Assembly (NCBI GenBank): GCA_030141605.1
Contig: JAQGDQ010000117.1
Coordinates: forward strand, 434,001 to 498,000
Direction of reading: 5' to 3'
DNA length: 64,000 nucleotides
Source: Tubiluchus corallicola
Taxonomy: Eukaryota > Animalia > Priapulida
Shown here one piece after another: positions 51,701 through 64,000 of the stretch (positions are counted from its first letter, which is position 1; each line of letters starts with the position of its first letter). The notes beneath the pieces were generated by a model, which saw only the letters and a list, made by a program, of their open reading frames with translations, was not told the DNA's origin and made no database searches. Position numbers and translations under genes: made by a program.

Positions 51701-54700
51701 ATGTTTCCTTAAATTATCTTTGAATGTTGTCTTTCTGTTTTACAGTGCGGACGATTACACTACTGGCTATATGGCGTCAAAAGCCATGTTGCAAAGCGAC
51801 GGCACCGTCTTTTGGCCACCTCCAACAAAGTTCCGAAGCACGTGCGAAATAGCGGTTACTTACTTTCCCTTTGATGAGCAAGTACGTAATTAGTTTTTAG
51901 TCATATTAAATTTTATCATAGTTCAGTACCAATTAATTATAGACTATAGAATAGTAATAGCTAACAGGAAGGCATCAGGAAGCCTGAGGAAGATTAACAA
52001 TTGTTTGAATGAATGGTATAAGGAAGTGCTCATAAATGGAATTATACTGTGAACACTAACTTTCGCTTTAAACTAAGGTATTGTTAAAGTAACGTAATAC
52101 ACCTGAAATTTAGTTTTCCGTACCAAAACCTTTCTTCACTAATAAAGACTGGCATTGTGCTATTAACTAATTGCATTGCGGATCATAAACGTTTCGTCAA
52201 TTCTGTTGTCTTCTCCAGCAAGTCTTTAAATGTTGAGAAAACAAGCCAGTTGCAAACTAAAACAATCTTGGTTACCTGGGATACAAGGTAAAGGTTTATT
52301 TTTTTCACCGAGGAAGCCAACAGTATTGACGAAACATTCATAATCCTCAAGAGAATTAGTTAAACTTTTCTTGTTCTGTTTTATTTATTTCTGTTTACGT
52401 AGCTTTGCAGCCTTTAGTTCACTATCTATCAAATTATTGTTATGTGTTAGAATAAGAATTTATGATCAGAACAATCACATGATTTATAGTGCTCTCAGTG
52501 ACCTTTTAAACTTCTTCCACTTAGAGAACAGCCATCATGACAATAAATAATTTTTGTTTATTTGCTGTACTAGTCAAGTGTGTCAATAAGTTTGATCTGG
52601 AGAACTTGAAATCTTCTTTACTCTAGGTTTGTAAAATGAAATTTGGCTCATGGGCTTACGATGGATTCCAAGTTGATCTCACAAATCGCTCAGATAATGT
52701 GGATCTCTCCATGTACATTGAAAACGGGGAATGGGAATTGGTCAGGGTATCCTGTATCAGGAACGTTGTCTATTATACATGCTGCCCAGAGCCGTTTCCT
52801 GACGTTACATTTACCATTGTGATACGCAGGTAATGCACCATGTTTTCTTGTTAAACCAACTTCTAGAATATTGTTTTCCGTCAATGATATCATGGCTTTC
52901 ATTTCGTACGCGTTACACATTATACCTTTTATATTTTTAACATCTGATTTTCATGACATAATTGGTGTTTAATTGACATAGCAGTTCAATATCAGCTAAA
53001 TTTTGCATTTCATGTTATCGTTGTTTAATTGCCGGTAAAAAGTGTCGGCAAATAGTTTCTTAAGAAGCAGCTTTTCGGAAGAATTTGGAAACATGACAAA
53101 ATGATGCTTATCTATCTCTCTTGTGCCCAAATAAGAAGTATTTTCGAACAAGTAGCCAACTGAGTAATACCTGTAATACGCGAAAAACTGATATATGTTC
53201 CGAATTGAACAAATTTTTCTTCCTTTACGGTAAGACGTGGTGCACTGATCACTAATAAATGGTAAATTTAAGATCTTTTGAATTGTCTCATGACACAATT
53301 ATTTCCTAATAAAGTAGTTTGAGCCATAAACTACGTGGTTAACCTAGAAATAATTTAATGTTTTTCACGCTTTCGTGATAGGAGAATACTGTACTATTTG
53401 TACAACGTCATATTTCCCTGTATGATGATGTCATGGCTAACGTTGCTCGTTTTCTGTCTCCCACCCGACTCGGGCGAAAAAATTGCTCTTGGCATCACTG
53501 TGTTACTCGCCTTTTCCGTATTTGTCCTTGCCATAGCTGAGAAGATGCCAGAAACTTCATCCTCTGTGCCACTGATCGGTGAGTCAGTTTTTATTATAAG
53601 TATTGTAATAAGCTTTCCAGTGCTGTATTGAAACCAAATTACAAAAAGGAAGTACTAACATACATCATCAATTCTTGTCTTTTCAAATTACCTGAAGACC
53701 TTCACAGTTTTATCACAATTTTAAATTTTTGCAGTCATTATGTTTAACAGGCGATGCAATGTTGAACTATACACTCATATTGCTAATTCTAAATCACAGG
53801 CTGTAGACGTATGATGTAAACTAGTGTATAGTGAACTTTTCATTACAAGTTCACGGAATGCAAAGTGTGAATGAGTATATACACACACACACACACACAC
53901 ACGCACGTACGCACGCACGCACGCGCGCACACAAACACATATGATTATAAGCAGTATTTTACACTGCTGTAATTACAAAAAACAAATATCATTATAACAG
54001 ACTATTGGAAATCCTATTCAGCGAATTAGTTAAAAGTTTCGCTCAAATTGACAGTGTTTTATAATTATAGTGACTGCATTAGATATACATGCTGAAAATA
54101 AATTCATGTAATTTTTTACTTAGGTATTTACTTGACAGTTGTAATGGGAATGACTTCAGTATCTGTAATAATGACGGTTGTGGTGCTCAATTTTCACCAT
54201 CGTGGTCCTAGCAGGAAACCAGTTCCAAGCTGGCTTCGAACACTAATACTGGATCATCTAGCCATGTTAGTCTGTTTCAAGCCAAATTACATGCCTCGTT
54301 TCACACATTGCGCAGACGAACTATTTTTTGTGAAAAATAAACCCTTGGGATTTACAATAGAAAACTTCATGGATGAGTGTAAACGTGACGAAAATCGCAA
54401 CCACGATAGTGGCGCACCTGGCGGTCAAGCGGGTACACCTGAGAATCATTCTACAGCGCCAGAGAGCAACAACGCCTCCACTACGACCAGGAGCAGACAT
54501 AAAGGACGGTCAGAGAGGGATAAAATGCAGGACCAGATTCTAAAAGCCATACAGTTACTAACTCGACGACAGGAAGAGGAAGACCAGCATATTGACGTTG
54601 TGAATGAATGGCGGCAGGTGGCTTTAGTAATCGACAGGTTTTTGTTCTGGGTGTTTCTTATGGGAACTTTGTCTTCTTCAGTTGGGCTGCTCATTATTAT

Positions 54701-54731
54701 GCCATTAACCAAACAGTATCCAGAAGTTTAG
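45766..54731 (+). CDS. Nicotinic acetylcholine receptor alpha subunit (alpha9/10-like, cation-selective). Exons 45766-45995, 48697-48741, 49587-49696, 51746-51881, 52627-52829, 53382-53578, 54124-54731; 529 aa with exon 1
   Basis: All junctions are GT-AG and phase-compatible. Motifs: [24 protein letters not shown], Cys-loop [21 protein letters not shown], loop C YYTCCPEP (vicinal Cys marks an alpha subunit), GEK before M2, and M4 [15 protein letters not shown]. Confidence 0.95.
53878..53940. repeat. (CA)n/(CACG)n microsatellite
   Basis: Directly visible. Confidence 0.9.
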
Positions 54732-56311
54732 CGTACAGAGAATGCTATGATAAGGCCTCTAAAGTTTTTCATAACTTTCCTATACAGCAACACAATGTTA
54801 GTTAATTAACTTTTTTATTAACATAATTTTTATAGTATTTAGTGTCACTGTCAATTGTTTAATCTACAATATATGATTACAGAGAAAGTTGTGTCAAAAA
54901 TTTTATATACATTTATTGTGACATGAATGCAGTTGTTTTGAAAAGGCCGTAAAACATATCTAAAGTCTGCTTGTACAGCTGCTCCCAGCTTTTATAGCTA
55001 AATAGGCCAAAGGTTTTAGTGACCGTTTGACTTGATTACAATCATGCTCGCACAGTTCGGGCTCTTAGCATTAATTTCAGTCAGTTAAATTTTGTCTGCA
55101 CTGTCCAGTTTCAGGTTCTTTTTTATTACAATATATTTAGCGAACTAAGGTTTCTTATTTTAGCTTCTAAAAATTAACAGTAACTGGGTTTTCAGCGTGT
55201 TTCCAAGTTTCGCAACAATAATTTACTTCACTCACTGCGAATTGCTGGTTTCTTGAAGATAATTCTGATTTTAACGGCTTTTAATAATGCTCAAACAGAA
55301 AACGTTAAGTGAAATGTACTGGGAGAAAACGGAAACAGAAACGGAATGCTCTGGCAAAGTCGTACGCCGACGGAATATTTTATATTTTCGCCGTTTATAC
55401 TAAAATTAAATTTATAAAACGAACTTTAGTGCGAAAAGCCAGCTTCGTTGGCATTTTATCTTGGATAAATGAAGCCTATTGCAAAGTTTTTGTCTTCAGT
55501 TTTTCCACATTTTAACTGATACAAGCATTTCTTATCAAAACTGGAATTTTGCAGTCAACAGCTGTAAACTCTATAAATGTATTTTGTAGTAGGACTAGTA
55601 CTTAGATACTTATCTAAGATAAAATACTGAGCCACGTTCGGATGTATGTATATCTTTTAGCAAAACCTGACCCAATCTTAAACTGTAGATCAAAACAATC
55701 TACGCTTTAAAGTATTTAAAGGAAAAACTATTTTTTCAAAAATGACTTACGTAAAAGAATTATTACCACACAAACACACAATTTCGCGTTACACGTTTTG
55801 CGCTGTTACATGCATTTCGTTTTTCACTGGTTAGACCGGTACTAGGGCCTGCATTTCGGAAACGCGTTGCACAAAAAACAAGCGCTGTATCTCTCTGTTC
55901 AGAGGCGTTCGTTTGCGACGCACTACACACGTTCGACAGCTCATGCATGAACACAGCAGTAAATTTGAAATTTGAATTTTTATCCTAAAATTTGCCGAGT
56001 TTTAGTGCAACACACTGAATCTCTTACAGTAGTGCTGTACATCAATCTTCGCCTTTGCAAACACGTGCAACACACTTATGGAATGTTTTTGTTGTTGAAA
56101 ATTATGTTCGTTTGCGACGTCATCACTAGAGGAGCTCGCCCGCCGTTAATTAAGGTTTTAATCTATTATTTAATTATCAGAAATTCGCTTTCGCTGTAGT
56201 TTGGTGTTAAAATGTATACTTTTTGTCGAACTTCAAAATGGAGTAGGATATGAAAAATCTTCCTATTTTCCTTTAATAAATAAGCAGAAGGAACGGCTCA
56301 GAAGCAGTTTC

Positions 56312-56368
56312 CTTCTTGGTCGTCCATCCATCTAGTAATCAGTTCTGTTCTGCTTAACTTTCGTTACC
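56312..56368 (-). pseudogene. 5S rRNA-derived fragment (SINE3-like or 5S pseudogene)
   Basis: Minus strand cgaaagttaagcag...tactagatggatggacgacc resembles 5S box A and box C. Confidence 0.45.
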
Positions 56369-57774
56369 ATGCATGCATCATGATACTACTGTATTTAGCT
56401 TCACAAATCCGTTAAACAAACTTAGAATTCACTAAATAATTCATAGTACTACCAATGATTTCCATAGTACTGCATAATGCATGCTGCATCATAGAGTTCT
56501 GCTATTTGTGCATTAAATCATTTTAACATTTTTTGGGGTCAAGGGGATCCGCGAAAAACCAAATAATGATCATACGAAATGTTTGGAGATTGATTTAATT
56601 GAGAGGGAACACATTTTTTCCTCATTCACAATCCTGCGGGGCTTTCATTCTACGAAGCAACAGTATAAAAGCCATTTTGCACAATAATAACCGCTGAATA
56701 ATTTTGCACAACTGCTGAATAATATGTACAATATATAAGGCCAGACTGCTAGATTTGACTAAACTTTACGCTTTTATAGTACACTACTGGCTGTCAATAG
56801 TGCAGATTTCTCATTCTGGAACATAGCTTTAATAATATCGTCATTAACTCGCTAAATTAATATTCGCAACAAAATAATATTGTTATAAACATATTTATTA
56901 TCAATAAACTGTTCGCTTTGTGATAGCATTTCGCTTTTTACTTTTTTACGTTCCTTTCTGTAAGCCTGCATTAGCCGCATTAGTATAGTAAATTACGTAT
57001 GTTTCTCTTTTTAATACTTAATAGACAATTAAGCTTAAGTGAACTGCTTAAGATTGAAAGTGATGGAGAACAACCTAGCGACGGACGGTAAACCTTCTAC
57101 ACTAGTGTAAGCGACCAGCATCTGACACAGTTTTGATTTATCACTGTCTACTCGAAGTAGTTTATACTATTTACATAAAAATACGTAATAATAAAAGGGC
57201 CCTACATTAATTACGTTCACGCACAAGCTTATTATGCGGGTTCCCTTGGACGTTATGTCTTCATTACTATCATAATATTACATGGACAAGTTTTTCACAC
57301 TTATATTCAGAATTGCAGTTTGTATATGTGCGCCTTTAGATTTATTGATGTTTTAAACATTTTGATTAGCTAGAATGAAAAGTGATGAAATAGTTGGCAA
57401 CGGTACTTGATTGATTTTTTGTGTTTCCAGATGAGACAAGTCTTTTTAATTAGTAATGCAAGTCAAGTAAGAATAAAATTAAGATAAGAACAGCCGTCAT
57501 CCTATTCTTGCTCACTTAGCTAGGATATCAGTCCGACGACTTTATACAAGTCACTTCAGCTAAGCTTGCGAAAGTTGGAATAAGTGAACATGATTTTACT
57601 CCAAAAATTTCGTACAATGAAAATTGAAAACCTGTAATGTTAAAAACAAGACAAATCATGAATTCGGTTTTTAAGAAAGCTATCTTGTCGGATAACAGTA
57701 AGTGGTAAAATAGTACTAAGTGAAACGTAACATGCCACAAATAGATTCAATATCACAGCCAAGGATCATCTAAA

Positions 57775-61582
<3,808 letters not shown>

Positions 61583-61689
61583 CTGAAATAGAAACAAAGA
61601 CAAACATTGTATTTTTATTATAAGTAACACTGAGTCTTTCATTCATTTTTAAGTTCTGCACATTAGGCCTAGTAGTTCTTAATGACCGA

Positions 61690-62455
61690 ATATATGTGCT
61701 GGGAGGCACAGTGACAAATGATTGCTCTAGTGATTGTGATATAACCACCAGAATTGGCAAGGCTGCAGCAACCTTCGGGGGCCTGTCAGGAAGACTGTGG
61801 AATACCCGGGATGTCCGCCTAGCAACGAAGATGGCAGTTTACAAGGCAGCCATTCTACCGGTGCTACTTTACAACTGCGAAACCTGGACACTGTACCGCA
61901 AACAGGTCAAGAAGCTTGACAGTTTCCATATGCGCTGTTTACGTCGGATAGCTGGCATTCGCTGGCAGGACAGAGTGCCTAACACGGAAGTCTTGGGTCG
62001 CTGTAATGCCTGGGGCATTGAATCCCACATATTTGCGGCACGGCTCCGCTGGTCTGGTCATGTGTCCCGGATGGGTGAGGACCGTATTCCTCGGACTCTC
62101 CTGTTTGGTGAGTTGGCAGTAGGGGCAAGGAGGGTCGGTAGGCCCTTTAAGCGTTACAAAGACCAGCTGAAGGATACCCTGAATCAATGCAACATCCAAC
62201 CAGAAAACTTCGAGACCCTGGCGAGTGACAGAACTCAGTGGAGAGCGCTCTGCAAGAGAGCAGTGATCAACTTTGAGCATCTACGAATAGAAGATCTCAA
62301 AGAAAAGAGGCGTCGGCGTAAGAATAATGTGCAGTGACTCGACGGACTTTCATGACTCACTTATTTTATTTCCTACTGTAATATCTCTCTGTATTTTGTG
62401 TCTGTCTGTGGGGCCGGATCCGTCGTTTGACGACGGCCTACCAATATATATATTT
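61690..62455 (+). mobile_element. RTE-clade LINE 3' fragment, antisense in an RDH intron
   Basis: YVLGGTVT...[16 protein letters not shown]...[21 protein letters not shown]...FHMRCLRRI...WQDRVPNTEVL...RLRWSGHVSRM...GRPFKRYKD, a typical RTE ORF C-terminus; ends in a (TA)n tail. Confidence 0.92.
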
Positions 62456-63069
62456 GCTAGGAAATATTAATACATGAACTAGCAAAGGCCTCGCAAAAAA
62501 TTTTTCGTATAAATACATTTATAATCAATAATACGCGAACATCCTACATAGTCCTCATCTATAACGCAAAGCCAGTAGCAGCTTTTACTAAATTAAAGTT
62601 ATAAGTCTGTAGGCAGAGTATGATGGATGACGTCAGAAGAATGGCTTTGCGTCAACAGTTTTCCAAGCGAGAATCGTCCGAAATGGAACCTCCAATTAAC
62701 TCGTCACAGCTCCTCACGGTAGAAGCATCCTAAAATGCAGTCCACATCATTGTATAGCCCTGTTTCTGCTCTTTCTAAAGAGCTATATATCTCCTTCCTA
62801 GAGTCCTATCAGGCGCTGCTAGAATGGCTTTTCTGCAGGCTGTTTGGTCAAAATTGTTGGGTCTCGGAAAACGCCCGTTACGCCCTTAATATATATATAT
62901 TAAGCCCATACCACCGAAATTAATATAGACGATTAAACATTTGCTTATACTAAATTCGGCTGGGCTCACACTAAATCATCGTGTACAAAATTACACGATT
63001 TCAATTGTTTAATAATGTAGTGTAGAATTAAACACAAGACCCTCGAGCTGGATTAACAATAGTGTATAT

Positions 63070-63965
63070 TTGTCGAACTATTTGCTTGCTCCAAAAATTA
63101 TAAAATTATACTCAGAAAATAAAACCAGATATTGCGGTATTTGGCAAATTTGCGCAGCCAGTTTGGTATCTTATCTGATACCACTAGTGAGCTTCTGTCA
63201 AAGTCCTTGGCAGGCGTCACAAGTCTACCACAAGTATGTGGAACTGATGACGTAGCAACAATTTCAGAGGCGAACTTTGTAAATGAAGAGTGCTTTTTAA
63301 AAACTTTAGTATAATTTTCCCCACAGGGCGTAACCAACATGTCTTATTTCAAAAGAAAACAACCTTTGCAAAACTGGTAATATTACTGGATGTTTAGGAA
63401 GCTACAGTTTTTTTTCTGATTGTGATTTATTTCTTGGTAATGTCAAACTTAAAATAAAATGAGAAAGTGTAAATATCGTAAAATTTATTTAAACACAGTA
63501 GAACTCAAAATTTCCAGATATGTTTCTGCACCTACTACTGTCACAAACCGGGAAACAAAATTAGAAGAAAGAGAAGTTTATCGCCTGTGACTATATTTAC
63601 AAACAATATAATATGATGACAATGCAGGGTTTTTGCTAGGAGACATATTTGTAGGCAACATTTGTAGAACAGCACGAAAAAATTAAGAACCCCATCTACG
63701 GCGCTTGTATGTTTGTAATTGTGTTGTTCACAAATATACGTGTCCCAATTGTAACCCTGAGTATATAGGCAAAACATCTAGACATTGGATTTTGCAGCAC
63801 GTGAACACATATAGGCCCCCAAGCAGTCCTATATCATCGTAACGACTCAACGCTCTGTCCCATTCCTACCCACTCTTGCGTTATTATTGGCGTGTTCCGA
63901 TTTATTAACTGGCTTCTACATACATAATGACAGGCAAAAACCCCCTGTGTTTAAAAGCAACGTGT
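63070..63965 (+). mobile_element. Penelope-like element remnant (GIY-YIG endonuclease region)
   Basis: NCVVHKYTCPNCNPEYIGKTSRH at ~63717-63790 fits the PLE GIY-YIG consensus; degraded RT-thumb-like sequence upstream. Confidence 0.6.
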
Positions 63966-64000
63966 TTTGTAACTATGTCATTCCACTAATGATGACACCA

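Noticed and set aside
63098-63340. Minus-strand ORF as the next upstream RDH exon
   Set aside because: It lacks the LDL-x-S and TGxxxGIG motifs and convincing splice sites, and overlaps a Penelope-like remnant on the other strand.

Overview
AT-rich, intron-containing animal (invertebrate) genomic DNA; not prokaryotic. Five genes can be read directly: (1) the 3' part of a probably secreted Gly/His-rich protein built from three tandem blocks, each bounded by a splice acceptor and a stop (52-1587, +); (2) an MPP8/MPHOSPH8 orthologue (chromodomain, ankyrin repeats, C-terminal beta domain; 10933-7066, -; GC-AG intron); (3) a spliced tryptophanase/tyrosine-phenol-lyase homologue (16090-18358, +) with an intact ORF that has lost the PLP-binding lysine and the catalytic tyrosine; (4) a nicotinic acetylcholine receptor alpha subunit (8 exons, 23942-54731, +; ~21.8 kb first intron); (5) the last four exons of an RDH11/12/13-type SDR (61582-57775, -). 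There are also many TE remnants (Harbinger, hAT/Tc1/piggyBac-type MITEs, CR1/L2, R1-like, RTE, Penelope-like) and simple repeats. The most unusual signal is a hidden multi-exon ORF (13685-16100), interrupted by introns of mostly 27-50 nt, that can splice into the first tryptophanase exon and stops overlapping its start codon. This suggests a bicistronic unit of a small orphan protein plus a catalytically dead tryptophanase, and a class of ~27-36 nt micro-introns in this genome. All splice models were inferred by eye and need RNA evidence.
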